Shown: piece after piece, positions 1 to 16,278 of the stretch
Layout: the number at the start of each line of letters is the position of its first letter
How positions within the stretch are numbered: the first letter of the stretch is position 1
Assembly (NCBI RefSeq): GCF_006345805.1
Contig: NC_042999.1
Coordinates: forward strand, 89,776,001-89,840,000
DNA length: 64,000 bases
DNA from: Octopus sinensis
Lineage: Eukaryota
Direction of reading: 5' to 3'
Notes under the pieces: generated by a model
Seen by the model: the letters and a program-made list of their open reading frames with translations, nothing else
Told to the model about the DNA's origin: nothing
The model's database searches: none
Translations under genes and position numbers: made by a program

Positions 1-200
1 TGTCTTTTTTCATACTTGCTAAAACCTTTGTATGTGTATGTATTTAACTTAACCCGTTGGTAAGTTTGTTTGACACTGCTGAATTGTTGGAGTGTTTTAT
101 CAATAAAACTTCTTTTGCTCAAATGGGTTTTGTTTCTAAGAATTATTGTTTTTATACATTACTGTGGTACTGTATTAAAAAGTAAAGTCTTTTTCTTCAG

Positions 201-302
201 AGTCTTTTATATGCTGGAACTTTGTTGTTCTTGATTGAAAAATATGATAAAGCAAAAGAATATCTTGACAGAGCACTAAAGCTGAATGAACTAAATAAAC
301 AA
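201..302 (+). CDS. TTC21B: TTC21B exon (1st in window)
   Basis: cag|[34 protein letters not shown]|gtaagt. Confidence 0.88.
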
Positions 303-3300
303 GTAAGTTTCTCAGAAAGCTACACTGCATTTTTTTTTCTTGACTCTGTTTTATTGTTTCTGTTTCTATTGCAGTTGTTTCTATATTATTCTATAATTTA
401 TTTATTCCATATCGAGTCTCAGCTATGTATCAAATTTCCTGCCATATTCAAAGCTATATATTGTTACACATGGTTAATACAAAGTGAAAAAATCTAATTT
501 TGTCAATAGAAGAAGTAACAACTGCTCAAATTTCTTTCATCTATTTCTTAAATCTAGCTATAGTACTCTTGTTCAGCTTGAGAATATTTGTTTAATGCTG
601 TATGATAGATGCACCCAAGTTATGCAGTCATGAAAAATTAAGCCTTTTACTTTGTTGGCGATAAATGCTTATATATAGAATCATTAACATAGAAACTACT
701 TCAATAAAATGTGCTAATATAATTACCCTTGTAATTTTGGCTCTTTTGTTCAAACAAGCTTTGTAACTAGAGGCCGTTTTCTGTCAGCATGTGAAATTTC
801 ACTATAATAACCAGAAAATTCCTGGTGTAAAATATTGGGACATCCCGTAAATAATGTAGTTTTTTTATACTTCGTTTATTTTTCAAAATTAAGATAATCT
901 AAAATATACTTTCCTTCATTTTCTACAGTGCTCTTCCATTTTTCTGGTAGATTTGTAAGTCCCCTTTTCCAAAATTTACTTGTCTGTGACGAAAAATGCT
1001 CCTCCTGTTCTGTTCTGACCTCCTCTACAGAATTCATATTTTTTCTGTCCAAATGATTTTAAGACTGTGGAAAAAGTGATAATCAGATGGGGCAATGTCC
1101 AGCAAACATGGTGGGTGGAGCATCATTTCTCATTCAAACTGCTCCAGCCTTTGGAATGTGGCCGAGCATTATCTTGATGGAAGAAGACTTTTTGTCTTGC
1201 AACCAAAGATAGTTGTTTTTCTTCTAACGCTGACTTAAGCTACTCAAGCTGCCCTCAGTAGATCTCCTTTGCTATCATTTGGTTAGGGTTTAAAAGTTCA
1301 AAGTGGACTAAACCTTTCATATCCCACCAAACAGATAACAACACCATATGTGGGTGAAGATCTTCTTTAGCCTGGGGTGCTGGTGTTTCTCCTTTCCCTA
1401 CCCACTGTCTTCCACACTTGACATTTTTATAGAGAACCCATTTCTCATCACCAGTCACTATTTGGTCTAAAAAAGGTTCATTCAAGAGACATGACAGCAA
1501 AGAAGAGCACACAATTAGACTCAGATAGCTTGTGATGAACCCATTGACCCAATTTGCTGACTTTTCCGATGGCACACAGGTGTTGATGAATGGTTGAATG
1601 ACCAAATAACTGCACTCTTCAAAACTTGCACTAAGAATAAGAACTAGGTAAAATTACTACCTGCTTTTATAGCAAGTTGATGCAGGTAGTTTACCTCATC
1701 CCCCTCCGACTTTTAGTTCATGCAATTGAAAATAAACCACATTATTTATGGGATGACCCAATGTGTTTTGGTAGAACATCAAAAGTCAGTCAAAACAAGT
1801 TATAAAATGAAACAATAATCAAGAAACCACGAAATAAACTAAGTAAAGGTTAAGTACTTATATTTATATGGCCATGCTTATGATGCCAAAAAGATTTCAA
1901 TTCAATGTGAAAATCAATCATTATCATTTAACGTCCATTGTCCCTGCTGACATGTGTTGGACAGTTTGACTAGGGCTGGCAAGCTGGAAGGCTGCACCAG
2001 ACTCCAGTCTGATTTGCCATGATTTCTACAGCTGGATGCCCTTTCTAAAGCCAATCACTCCGAGAGTGTAATGAGTGCATCTTTTTATATATTCTTCTTT
2101 CCATAACTCTAAGTATAAACATTGTTGTTCCACTTTAAAAAGATCAACATGGCATGATTGTTTTAGATATAACTAATTATTGTACAATGATGCTTCAACT
2201 GAAAGCTAAAAAGCTGAACTTTGACATGGTATTTAATAATAGAAAGGAGAAAGTCTCATGCAATTCTAACCATAATGCTCACTCACTAGATTAGATTGAG
2301 CCATTTGGCAGTTGCTGTCAGTGGATATCAACATTCCACCATAAAATGTTAAGACACTTGTAGAGAAAAATATTTTAGTGGATGTTGTTTTGGATAACAA
2401 GTTAATGGTTACTGAGTTTAAATCCACAGCAAGCATTTTATTATCTCTGGGCAAAAGACTTAATTCTCCATTCCTTTGTTTACCTAGTGAACAGAAATGG
2501 GTATCAAAACTTCAGGGAAAGTTACTTGCAATATATTAAAATCTTATCCAAAGGAGATTGTTTCTTATCTATTTAACACTCCAAGAAACGATTAACATTA
2601 TATTTAAATGCACTTGAGTTTTTTCAAGGATGTCTACAAGTATAGGACCAACTAAAGAATTAAATTGAAAAATATGATTTTTTTTTTGCTTTGTTTTTTT
2701 ATAAAGTGTTGTAAGTAAATGTTCCTTGTATACTTTGCTTTTCTAGTCTTTAGCACTAAAAGGGTGGTTAGAACTGGAATCTGGCAAAGACCCACATGGT
2801 AAAAAGGCTTTCAAATATTTTGATGAAATTATTCGAATGTAAGTGCATTTTAATTTTTGTGTATGATGAATATCCAAAAGAAAAAGTAAATATTTTAGAG
2901 CTGGTGTTTAACTTTAGAATTCTCAGCAAAATCAGTAGTAGTATCCAGTGTTTTGTGAGGAATATGAATATAAATTGACTCTTTTAAATAAACAAAATTT
3001 ACTGTACATAGTAGATATGGCAGTCAGTTGCTTCAAAATTCAGATACCATGCATTTTGAAAAGTCAGGTATCTCTCTTAAGAACTGCATACATCACAAAA
3101 TTTAACATTCTATACAAATAATAGCCATTACAGTCCTTGCAATGAGATCTTCTACTGTCTCTATATGTGTTTATTTATTGTTACAAATGCTAGTTTTCTT
3201 GTGATGGGGGAAAGAATTTGAGTTCTATATAGTTGCTTTATATTTCTGTCACTACAGTTAATCATTTACTACCAGCTAACCACAATGTATCCTTTTAATG

Positions 3301-6300
3301 ATTGTGTCCTGACTTAGTTTGGCTTTAATCTCTTGAAGCTTAGTCTTTATTTAGATTGTGATATAATTGATATTAGCAACTATAAAAAATAAAAATAAAC
3401 ACTTTTGATGACTCTAACATGTATTAGCTACTATTTAGTCTGTTAAACATTGAACAATCTGAATCACAAGCAACCGACCCTGGGCAGAGGGCTGTCTGAG
3501 TCCTTGCAAACGATTTCCCTACTGTTATTGCCATTGCAGAACATTATAGCCTTTTGTTTTACTTCAAATATATTTTAACATACTGTCTGGAGTAAGACTA
3601 CCAGCTGGCTCTAATTGCTTTGTTTGTCGCTGAATTTGTAGGATCTTATGCTCAATGCAGAGTGTATGTAATGAATATAGTAGACTTGGTAAGCAGATAG
3701 AAATCTTGGTCTCCTTTCTGATCACAAGTTCCCATTTAATTTGGTTTTCGCTCAAACTTCACAAAATTGAGTGTTCAGGTAGGAGTAAAAAAGCAAGTTT
3801 GTTTGTTTATTTATTATCAAACTTATCCATTAACTCTGGAAAGAAAACTTCCATTTAATGTACTACATTTTTATGTAATTGATTTGATTTGATTATATTC
3901 TAGTTTGTTTCCTTTGCTGTTAAATATTAAACTACAGTTTAAATTAAGCATTAACCACACTAATTCACTACTACCTTAGTTTAAGAGGTCTCTATGACAT
4001 AGAGGACATTTCTTTTTCTTTAGGCTCCTAGGCATGATAAAAATATGAGAATCTTGGCAACATGTCATGAAGTTCAATTTGTTTAGGCTACATTCTATTG
4101 ATGGAAAACAATATGTCATTATTGTCCAAGACCAAAATGTTGGTTCCCTATTCATGTGTTTTCTGTTGATGAAAACAATTAGGAAGGCATTGTATTTTGT
4201 TTGGTAGTGGTACAAATCTGAATGTTATCTTCTATTCTGAGAGTAACCATCAATTGACAGAATTCAAAATAGAAAGTGTTTCTTTTATATATTTATACAA
4301 TTGTCTCTCTATTTCCGCAGGTCTGATGGTGCTGGTGAGGTCAATGCCTTTTTAGGTTTGATTCGATGTTTTATGGCCCGCTGCAGCTTCAATAAGGCAT
4401 TAGAAATTGCTAATCAACTCATTGTTGGTCGTTCTGACTTTCTTCCAGCCCTTGAGGAAAAAATGAAGATACAGCTAGCTTTGAAAGACTGGGATCAATC
4501 AGTAGAAACTGCATATTTGTAAGTTATCACTTTTCAAGTTCTGCTTTTGTTTTTATAATTATTTTTCTTTTATTTATTTAGTAATTTTACTCCATTTTTA
4601 CTTGTTTGGTCAGTCAATATTTAAAAAGAATAACTTATTCAAACAAAAATTACTATTCTTACCTAAAATTTCCCTATCTTTTCTCCCCTTCTAATTTGAA
4701 GAAGATAATAGCAACAACATTCACAATGAAAATGAATTTTGGAATGAATAAATTAATTTTCTGTTCCTCAGTTATTTAATTTAAAAATACTCTAGAACTA
4801 TATGCATTGTTGTAAATTTTTAGAAATACAAGAACTGTTACCCAGCAATATTTTTTGAGGAGGTGTCACCTTTGCAGCATATCAATTGCAGATCATCTAA
4901 ACTTTTACAATATTAATATTCAACCATGTGAAAAAAATTTAAGACTATAACTTTGAAGATTTATATAATTATTTTTATTGATATTTGTTCTGGTTGTGAT
5001 TCATTTATTTTGCTACATTTCAGGGCTCTTGATATAGATCAGTTCAATATTGAAGCATTAACCATACTTACTCTCTATCATCTGTGTTGTTTAGGAGACT
5101 ATAACGAAGTAGGTGTGATTTTCACTAATTTCATATATTTATCATCTTTAGAATGGTTAATTTTATAAGCTGAAAAGGTCATTTTAGAAGACTGGTTAAT
5201 AAGACGTTTGAAAAGATTACCATATTGAAGATAATGAAAATTCACTCTTCTTCATTTAACATCATTAGATACAATGCAATATTTTAAAATCTTGTAAATC
5301 AAATATATTTGCTCATTCATAAATTCAACTTGCTCTGATGTGCCCATCACTAACTTGAGTTTATATCTGTTACCTCAAAATGGTCCTTCAAATACATGTC
5401 ACAATGTTTACGAGTATCTCTTTCTATTTTAATTCTTTGAATTCCTCCTATAAAGAGGTAACAGGTTTCTGTCTCAGAAACAAAACTTCATCACTGGAGT
5501 TTAGATGACAACAGTAAAGAATTAATTACATTATGACTTATAGATAAGTCTAGCAGATGATGATGTGTGTGTATATGGTGTTTGATAAAACATCACCAGT
5601 TATTATAAGATGAATGTTAAGACAACAATAGTAACTTCGAACATTTTTATGATATAATAACAGAGTAGTGGGATTAGGCATAAGTCAGTTTTGACAGAAC
5701 TTTCAAGTACAAAAGACAATACAGATTGAGCAGTGTGTACATAATTATGCTTAGAAATCCGGAGTGGAGCCCCGTAGGTAGTTTAGTGTTCGACTCGACA
5801 CTCTTCTGGCAACTCCTGCAACCAAACTGGTGCCAAACGTAATGCTCTACACTCCTTTGAACTACATCAGCAAGGTCGAGAGAGGAATCCTGACGATTGG
5901 GCTACCCAAGATTTTCTTACATCTAGCCCAGGCCTGCGCAAACTGGAGTAAAAACCAGACTGGATTATTTAATGCGCAACTCCATTGTCTCCCTAGACAA
6001 AAAGATGCCAACAACAACAAGTGTGATTGCTATAATTGATTAAGATTCTTGAAGGCAGTGTCATAACATAACCAGAGTGCAATAACTGAAACCAGTAAAA
6101 GAACAAATGAAAATTGATAAATTTTATATGTATTCTCCATGTATTCTACTCAACTTCATATTGATATTACAATTTCTTATTGCTTTACTTGATAGTCTTC
6201 AGGATATCTTGAGAGGTTGCTGGATAGCTTGAATAAAACTGAACAGTCAAGCTACTCCATATACCATAAGAGGGCATCACTTTTCTGCCGAATTGTAAGT

Positions 6301-6693
6301 GAAAAATTTTATTTTGATTTGTAGTTGCATTCTGTTTTGAGTGAAACATTGGATCACTTAGTAAAAAAATAACTGTTTACAACAAAAACACTTCCGTTGT
6401 ATATGATGAATTACTCAGCATGTCTTAAGCCTGTTTTAAAGCAGATACCTTATCTCTTCATAATTTGAATGTATATTCATATTAATATTACAGCCATATA
6501 TTGTGGTTAAGTTCACTTTGCAGCCACATTGTCATGAGCTCAATCTCCTATACAGCCCTTTGAGTGTTTTCAGCTGTAGCTCCCAAGATGTTCTATCAAA
6601 TTTTGAGAGTGGAAATTAGTTGAGGTAAACTGTGCTGAAGGCTGTTATATATATAATGTTTATAAAGTGCTTGTTAATTAGTAAGTTGAAACT

Positions 6694-6724
<31 letters not shown>

Positions 6725-9700
6725 CAAAATATTTCAGTGTGGCCGCAATGAATTGATTCTACAACACACTCATACATTAGCTCAGTGCTCTGTTGAAGAA
6801 GGTAACTGCAATGCTGAATACATGAGAGAAGTAGCTTACCAGTTTCTTCTAAGTGGAAAAGTCAAAGAAGCAATGGAAAATTACAAAGAAACAATCAAAC
6901 TGGATGAAACCCACCTACCTGCAGTCACTGGTACAATCTTTCATATTACATTAATGTTTAAAAACTTTTGTACTCTTGCTCCACCTTTGGAAATACATCA
7001 CCTCTCAAATCTTGACTGTCATTAGGATTTCAGAAAGACTTTTATAATGCCTAAGATATTTTAGACCAAACTACATGTTAGAAAGTGTTTGTTTTGTTTT
7101 CTAAGCATAATCATGCACACACTGCTCAATTTGTATTGTGTTTTGCACTTGAAAATTCTGTCAAAAATAACTTATGCCTAATTTACCCTAAATACTTTTG
7201 TTGATAGATTATATGACTGAAAAATAGTGGATTTTTGTTATTAGAGAAAACTTCTTGGCTCAACAAAGTTTCTGTGCAACATGCATGTGATCATTTGCAT
7301 TTTGAAAAGCCACCAAAATAAATTCTATATCAATTATCTTGCTCTTGAATCATCTAAGAGAACCTATTTCTTCTACAATACCCTGCAACAGGGTAAGAAA
7401 TCTCAATAAAATCACATTGAAATACTCCAGATAGGCACCTATTTATTTGGAATACTTGGATTGAAATGAACTTTAATATATAAAGAAATGTGGCAATAAT
7501 TTCTATGAAAATAAGAAGCTCTGTAAATGTTAGAAGAATGGATAATCAATCATTGAATTTTGTTATAGGACATAGAAGTGTTCACTTCTAGTCACGTGTA
7601 GACTCATTATCATCTATTATAAGAGAGCCTTATTTGGTCACTCAACCAGTTGCTAAACTCCCTTATTGATCAATTTTTTTCCCAAATCAGTCACCAAAAA
7701 AACAAACACACTCACAAAGAAAACAGAAGCACAAAATAAGATATCTACCTAGACCAGTGGTTCTTAACCTTATAGGAGGTACTGAACCCTGAAAGCTTCT
7801 TCAGTGCATTCACCGAACCCTTCGTAGCTGGAAAAATAAAATATGATTTATATTCAAAACAAAGGTATATATTTTATTAGTGCACAAAATGAACCATGCA
7901 TCAGTTGCACACAAAATCATTGTGTTCAAAGAAAAAAACCAGCAAAACATGAATTTCACAAAAAAACATAACTCAATGAATATTTACTGCAAGTAAATGT
8001 GACTTTTGCTGTTGCCTTTCAGATACAAGTTCGGAAATGTGTGGTTTCACCTTGGCAATTGTCACTCACATATCATTTTCATAACAAAGTCTGTTCCTTT
8101 TCTTAGTTTTTGTGTCTACCATCCTCAAAAAATATTGCTCACAAAGATACATTGTAACAAACGGTGTGAATATCTCAAGGACTTTCTTAGCAATAAGAGG
8201 GCATGGTACGATTTGGTGACACCAAAGCGTCAAGAGCGTTGTTGTTCTGAAGAGTTGCTGTTGAAGCTGGTTCTGCTGAAGTTCAATGATTTCATCGAGG
8301 TATTCATCATTGACATCTGCTGTTGCAATACTAAACATGAATGGCTTTCTCACCCATCCTGGATATGACTCTCTGGTAGGGAAGTATCCATCAAGAGACT
8401 TTGCAAGCTCATTTAAGTGCACAGCAATTGCTTGCTTCAGCTCCTCATGCTACAGAAATGTCTCCAATTTCAGACATGTCTTTGATTTTACAGTCATCCA
8501 GCAGGGGAAAGTTTGCGAGGTTATCATTCTCTGTTCGTTGTTTTCATAAAGGTAATGTTTTTTTGAAACACCTTCAGGTTTTCTTCCACTCTGACAATGT
8601 TGACTCCAGCAGCCTGCATCTGTCGATTGAGATGATTGATAACATCAAAAAATTGGCTGTGTATGCCAAAATGAGAATGAACTCAGAACTTTCAAAGCAA
8701 TTTGTGTGACAGAGTTGTACTCTTGCAAAAACGGGGCTAATTCCACATGCATGGCAAAAACACAATTCAGCACCTTTCCCAGGGATAACCACTGAATGTT
8801 AGAATGGTATAGAAGTACCTCAAATTCAAAGCCCATTTCATTACACATTGAACATGCGGTGCTTCATAGCACTATTTCACACATAGTTCACACATTCAGC
8901 TACAATTTTTAATACTTCTGCCAGTTTTGGAGGCAAGGTTTTTGTTACCAATGCATGCCTGTGCAGAACACAGTGCATAACAATAATGTGTGGTGCATCA
9001 GATTTCACCAGCACTCCAAAATCAGTGTTGTCCCAGCATGGCTGGAGTTCCATCTGAACAAACTGCAGACACCATATTCCACAAAAGCCCATTGTCTCTG
9101 AAGAAGTTATCTACGAGTTACTTCACATCAGCTGCTTTGGTTGTTGTAAGAGGCTTACAAAATAAAAAATCTTCCTTTATCATGTTGTCTTTTACATTGC
9201 GCACAAATGCAAGCTGGTTCACTACATCCCTAGAATATAGAAACTGAACAGAATTAATCCTAAAAACTAGCAATAATTTAATTGAATCAGCATCACACAG
9301 ACTTCAGTATTTTTCTCAGTTAATTACTGGAGGAAAGATAGTTTCCTTGATCTTTGTAAAACTGTGTTATATAATGTCTACTTTTGTTTCCCTCTAATAT
9401 TTGAACCTACAGTCATATTTCTTTTGGCTTGTTAAATCTTAAGTACTATCATCATTGTCTTTTAGGTATAATTGAATGCCAATTGCTTATGGATAAGATA
9501 GAAGACGCATCTCATCAGCTGGAGTTTCTTAATGAGATTCAAATGAGTATTGGTCACACTGCTGTAAGTTGGACATATTTCTAAAAATAATCAGTTCACA
9601 TGTACTCACAGCTTTGCTAAATTGTTAATGAAGTTTGTGTTTTCATTAAATTTATCACACATCACTACTGATATCGACAATATAGATTATCAGTTTGAAC

Positions 9701-12700
9701 ATTCCACAGTTGTCCATATACTGAAGATATTAAATATAAGATAGAGATAAGTTTGTGAATATAATTTCTTATGTCATTATAATATAGTGTATTGAACTCA
9801 TTGTTAGAAAATCTGAGTCAATTTTGTTAAATGGGAGCTATCATGCAGTTTATCTGAAATAAATTCTCACTTGATCTCTTGTTTCATAATTGTTATATAG
9901 TATCAGTGCAAGCTGGCTGGTTAGAATCAAGGAAATGTAAGTGTGTATAATTTAATATGAAGAGAATTCTGAGATTAAAAATAAAAATGTATTTGATACT
10001 TAGCTAAGCATAATCAAAATTACCCTCGAGTTATTACTATTTTGTGCTTCCTCCTATATCACACAGGTGTATTTAGACTAAAAGTGTCAGTTTTTTGCTG
10101 CTTCTTAAAAACATTCCTTCAACATTTAAAATATAAAAGAACTTTGTCACTCTTATAATTTTTTATTTCTTGTCCTTTCTTTTTGTGTGCTTTTAATTTG
10201 GTTACTTTAAATATTCTGTATTATTGATTATTTGTAGGAGTTGTACTATTTGAGTGCTGTTCTTGGGAAAAAGAAACAGAACAAAGAAGACAATACCATT
10301 GTGTTGTTAAATGAAGCTGTTAATAAACACTTCTCAACTTTCAAGGTACCTTTTTATTCTATATATATATATATATTTGAGACTCACAGAGGCACTGACT
10401 AGTGACTGAGATCTTTGGCAGTGTGTTGTACCTGAGAGGACCTGTCAAGCCTCTGTACAGCTCAGTACTTTGAGATTGGCCTTCAGTACTTCATCACATG
10501 TCTTCCTGGGTCTCCCTCTTTCACAACTTCCATCCTACATTTTATTCATATTTAGTCTCACAACAGAGAATTGCTTACTGTTATTCACCAAAGTTTATCA
10601 AAATTTTCATCTATTTTTCAGACTCTTTATCTTAGCTATGAATATTTCATCAAATTGAACCCTGATTTTCTTATTCAAATAACAAATGACTATTTGGATT
10701 ATGGACCCCAACAGGTGAGTATCATTTTCCCCTTCTACTCATGTTTATTACATTTTTTACATATTTTCTCCACCATATTTTAGACTAGATTGTATCATCA
10801 TCATTGCTATTGTATTTAATCATATACATTTCATTGTATTATTAGACCTATTTCTTTCTTGCTTATTAGAAATACAGGAGTCCAATCAAGACTAAATTTG
10901 GAAACTATTTCCCACTATGACCAGCTTGCAATCACCTTAATGCTATATAAAACTATTTTATGGAAGAATAAAGTACATGGTTTAGTGGTTAATGTTGGGT
11001 TCACAATCATAAGGTTATGCATTTGACCCCTTTACTAGGCAGTGCATTGTATCTCTGAGCTAAGCACTTCTTTGTTTCATATTGCTCAAGGCTGCTCATT
11101 TGAAATGTGTACTAACTGGATGCTGATACAAATCTCTTTTCTTCCAGCTGTCACATCCTGAATGGGTGAGAGGGGCCAAGATGGTGTTTGCATCTGCTGT
11201 CTATTATATCAACACCTAAAACAACTAGCACAACATCATACATACTCAGAATGAGGACTTTAGCTATTACTTAGATACTGGAAATGATAATTCTCTGAAT
11301 TGATTAAGTATTGGTCTAATGATGGAAAGACTGATTAACTTGTGTCTTCCCACTGTGTAGAAGATACCTGATGAATAGGAGTAAGACACTCCTACTCATC
11401 ACGTATCATCATTGCCTTCAATTAGTGTGCTCCCAATCTGGTTCATCTCTTCACAAAACTCTTCAAATTCTTCCCCAGCAGTCATCTTTTCTACAGTTAC
11501 CAATCTAAAAAAGTTCTAGCTGAACATTAATTGCATCAATTTCATCAATTTTGGAAGGCTTTCAATGGTTATGGGAAATGGCCTTCCTTGGATCAAATAA
11601 TTGAAAATAATCTGAGTAGCTCCATCTTTGTTTTGAAAACGTTTGAGGAGGAGGATATATAATTACCTTTCATTGGCTTGTTGTGTTGAGATTGTTTCTT
11701 ACTCCACAGTAAGCTTGGTAGATACATCTGATAATTTAATTTATTTTACTTGTTGCACCAGATAGATAGTGATTGAGTACCTTTTTGTGGAGCAGGTCAG
11801 ATGTGGTACAATTTTCCTAGTATCACACTTTTGTAATACCAATGATATCCATGATGCTAAATGATGATAATTGTTTTAATTTGTCAGGCACAAGAACTAT
11901 GGTATATAATGCCCAACTTTTAATCTCAATTTCAGCCAAGCCAGTATGGTCAACCTCTCGATCCTATTCTCAAGAAATGTTTGCAAATTTTGGACCCAGT
12001 TACCAAAATGTTACCTGGTTTGTTTAAAGGGGTCTATCTATTGGCAAAAGTGAAATATCTGTGTGGTAAGTTGCATGTAGTCTTTCATCTTATATGATGA
12101 TCCAGAATTCTAGAAATTGATAATAATTTTTGATTACCTGCAGTCTTCATAGATATGGAGTTTGAGAATTTTAGGGTTGAAGATAGGGTATGTTGTAATG
12201 TTCAGGTTTTTTCATGAGAGATTTAGCAAGGGAAGTAAAGTAGAGTTTGTGGAGATGGTTCACAGTAAATTTGATGCAGTATTATGCAGTCATCATCAGT
12301 AGATATAAAAATATAGATGACATGCTCTACATTGATATATCATTCCTATATAGTCTATTATGGCACTCTTAGGAAGGCATCCAGCTGTAGAAACACTGCC
12401 AGATCAGACTGGAGCCGGGTGCAGCCTCCTGGCTTCCCAGACCCCAGTCGAACTGTCCAACCCATGCTAGCACGGAAAACAGATGTTAAACGATGGTGAT
12501 GATTAACATTTCTATTAATCATCAGTCCTGAATGTGTGCATAGCACTGGAGTTGGTTTGAACTTGCAACTTTTATTTTTAAATTAAGGATAACATGCTTG
12601 TACTCTAGTCAAATACAGTTATTGTTAAAATTAATGACACTCATATTAAGTTGATGTCACTTCTATAAGCATCAACATGCTTGTTAATGTTCAGCAACTA

Positions 12701-15700
12701 AATTAAAACCCCTCTTGTTTACAATGGCTCAATAAATTACTTGAATCACTTGAAAGATGTTCAAAACATTGAAAAGAATATAGAAATTACATTTTTCACT
12801 CTATTTGAAATGTTTTGCTTTTTCTATATCCTATATACTTTATACAGTTTGAAATTTTTCTTTCTAATGTTCTTTTGTAGGAGACTTTGAGGCTGCTCAA
12901 GCTACACTCCAGCACTGCTTAGACCAAGACCAGTCTCTCTCTAGTGCTCATATTTTAATGGCACAGGTAAATACATGTTTGTTACAATATTTAATTGTAA
13001 TTTTAGCAAATTCCATATTTAATAATTTCAATTTTATTGTATGTGTGTCTCATCATTGGTATGGGTTGAGTGGTTCAACAGGATTCAGCAAGCCAGAGGA
13101 ATGTATTGAGCTCCAGTATATCTGCTTTGGCCTGGTTTGTATGGTTGGATGCCCTTCTTAATGCCAACCACTTTCAGTGTGTCCTGGTTGCTTTTTTCAT
13201 GACACCAGCACCAGTAAGATTGCCAAGGAACTTGCACAACAGCAAAAAACAAATCCTCTCAACTGAGTGGAGTTGGAGTTGTAATAAAGGGAGAGGGGCT
13301 TTATTCTTGGTGTTGAGAGGCTAAAATTTCAAGAGGCACAGGCATAGATGTCTTAATATAGAAGAGATATGAGGTGGCGAGCTGGCAGAATCATTAGCAC
13401 ACTGGACGAAATGCTTAGCGGTATTTTGTCTGTCTCTATGTTCTGAGTTCAAATTCCACCAAGGTCGACTTAGCCTTTCATCCTTTCGGGGGTCAATAAA
13501 TTAAGTACCTCTTGCGTACTGGGGTCAGTCTAATCAACTGCACCCCTCCCCCCAAAATATTTCAGGTCTTATGCCTATAAAGAAAGGATTTTTGTCTTTC
13601 AAATTCCACCAAAGTAGACTTTGCTTTCATCTTTTTGGGGTCAAAAATTTTGGGCCTTATGCCTAGAGTAGAAAAGAATATAGAAGAGATACATCGGTAC
13701 CTTGTGTTATATAGGAATGGGTGGGTGTAGCTGAAAGAAGGTAAAGATGTTCCTCACAGCATGTCCGTGCACACTGCCAAGATGCAAAAAGGTGAATATA
13801 TGAGAGAATACAAACTAAAGATGGAAAGGTGTTAGATGGTGTGTTAGTTCGTAAGAGTGAGAGAGAAGAGTAACAGATGGTTAGTAAGGTGGGTAGAGGT
13901 TAAGACTGTGAATAATGTTCATGGGAGGAGGCGTAGTCAATGGTAAATATCTTTGTGGGGAAGAAGATAAAAGAAATAGCTGAGGTGATAAGTGGCAATA
14001 CAGGAAGTGAGTGAAGAGCAGCAGTATGTAATGATTTTCATCCTTTTTAATATTAGGAAGCAATTTGTTAAGTCTGTGTTACATATTTAGGAGATATCTT
14101 TGTTTTTTTTTGTGTTTCTTTTCATTTCATTAGTAACCAGATTATTTCCTATTGTTTATGATTATTCTCTTTATTTCACGTACAGTACTTGTGATGTTAC
14201 CTAAGTTTATAGAGCCTTTATGTGGTCATTTGACTTGCTAGAAATAGTAACCAAATCTCAAATCAGTTTCTACTATCATTAAAAAGAAGCATTAGATAAT
14301 AGACCCAAATACCCTTAGAATGATACAATGATCTTGGCTTGACAATCTTTCTTCATAGCTCAGCTTGATCAGAGATGATCTAAATATATATAAATGTTTT
14401 ATTTCACTGCATTACCATTATGCTATATTCTCCATCAAAGACATCTCTGAGTCTACTATGACTTATAACTTAAAGCTCCAATGTCTGGCAACTGACTTGG
14501 TAGACACCCACAAGATTATCCACCATCTTTCCAACAACAATCTTGGACACCTTTTTGAATTCCATATGTCTAACACCCATAGACATGTTTTCCAAATAAA
14601 AATAATAACACAGCACCCACAACTTTCGGAAACAATTTTTCATCCTTAGAATTGCTGAAGCATGGAATAAACTACCTGCATCGGTTTTAGCCATTAGGAC
14701 ATTACATCCTCCAAAACCTCCATGGTTCTTGAAATTTTCCTACAGTATATCTGATGCCACCCAACCCACTTTTTTAGTCTTTTTTTTTTTTGTAGACTTA
14801 TTCACTGTTCATTTCCTGCACGTATTCTATGTATTGTTCATTGGTTACTTTTTTTGATAACTTGTGGTGCACCTGAGTTCTGTATGCTATAAGTTCATTA
14901 TATATTACCATGATGAAAATATTAATACCTAACCAACACTATAGTAGTATTATTCTATCGCTTCAGTAATTAATCTGCAAAATCAAAATTGTTCTGATTA
15001 ATTAGTAGTCGACACATGCATATTACCTTTATACTTATGTATGTTGCTTCACCTCAACTAGAATGTGTTTATGTCTCTTTCTCTTGACATTGCATAATGG
15101 TTGTGAAGCAAGCATCACTGTCATACAAGTGGTGTCTTTTGTCTCCAACCTTACATGAAAATATTTCTGGCCCTTGGGAAATATTTATTTCAAATTTTGA
15201 TGCAAGGCTCACAATTTTGGGAGAGAGGGCTAGTTGATTACATCAGCCTCAGAGCTCAGCTTTTACTTATCTTATCAGCCCTAAAAGGATGAAAGGTTAA
15301 GTTGACCTTGGTAGAATTTGAACTCAGAACATAAAGACAAACAAAATGCTGTTAAGTATTTTGCCCAGCATACTAACGATTCTGAGGAAATATTAGCTTG
15401 GAAACAGGTGGGGGTTGCCAAAAGGAAGGACATGTGACCATAGAAAATCTGCCTAAACAAATTCCATCTCACTCTTGCAAGCATGGAAAAGTAGCCATTA
15501 AAACGACAATTTGTTCATTTAATGCTCATTTTTCCACACTAGCATAGATTTGGACAGATATGTTATTTGAAGCAGGATTTTACAACCTTTATTCATGTTC
15601 TTTATATCTCCCAATTTATTATCATGCTTAATGAAACATTGTTAAATCTTATTAAAAATATTGATATTTCAGAATAATCTTTTTTATATTGATAAAATCA

Positions 15701-16236
15701 CTTAAATCAAAATTGGTGATTTTATACATTATTTCTATAATTTTCTTTCAGATTCATTTACATTTAAACAACTTTAAACTTGCCTCACAATCTCTTGAAT
15801 TTGGACTCAGTCATAACTTTCAGGTTAGTTATTGAGTGTTTCAGTACTTTTGTTAATTCTCACCTATTTGCATTAGATTTGTTTTTATTTTCAAACTAAT
15901 AATTTTAAAAAGAAAACTAAAAGAAAACCCTGAAGTAATGGCAATTAAAGAAATAAATAACATTACAACAATCTTATTTGACTGGTTTTCATTGTGCTAA
16001 AATTCAACATGGCAGCCCTGAGGAAACAGACTTTGGAAGAGAGAGTGGATATTTGATATATTGTTTTAATTTTCTAAAAAGATGTTCATAAATGCTAGTT
16101 ACCAGATAATGAGTCTTTCGATATAACTTATTGAAAGCTGCTGTTTATTTCTCATAGTCATATATATATATATATATATATATATCACACACACATATAT
16201 ATATATATCATCATCATCATCATCGTTTAACGTCCG

Positions 16237-16278
<42 letters not shown>

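Noticed and set aside
11368-11400. CTGATGA followed by a hairpin (TAGGAGT/ACTCCTA)
   Set aside because: No GAAA after the stem and no UH or stem I; it is a simple inverted repeat, not a hammerhead.
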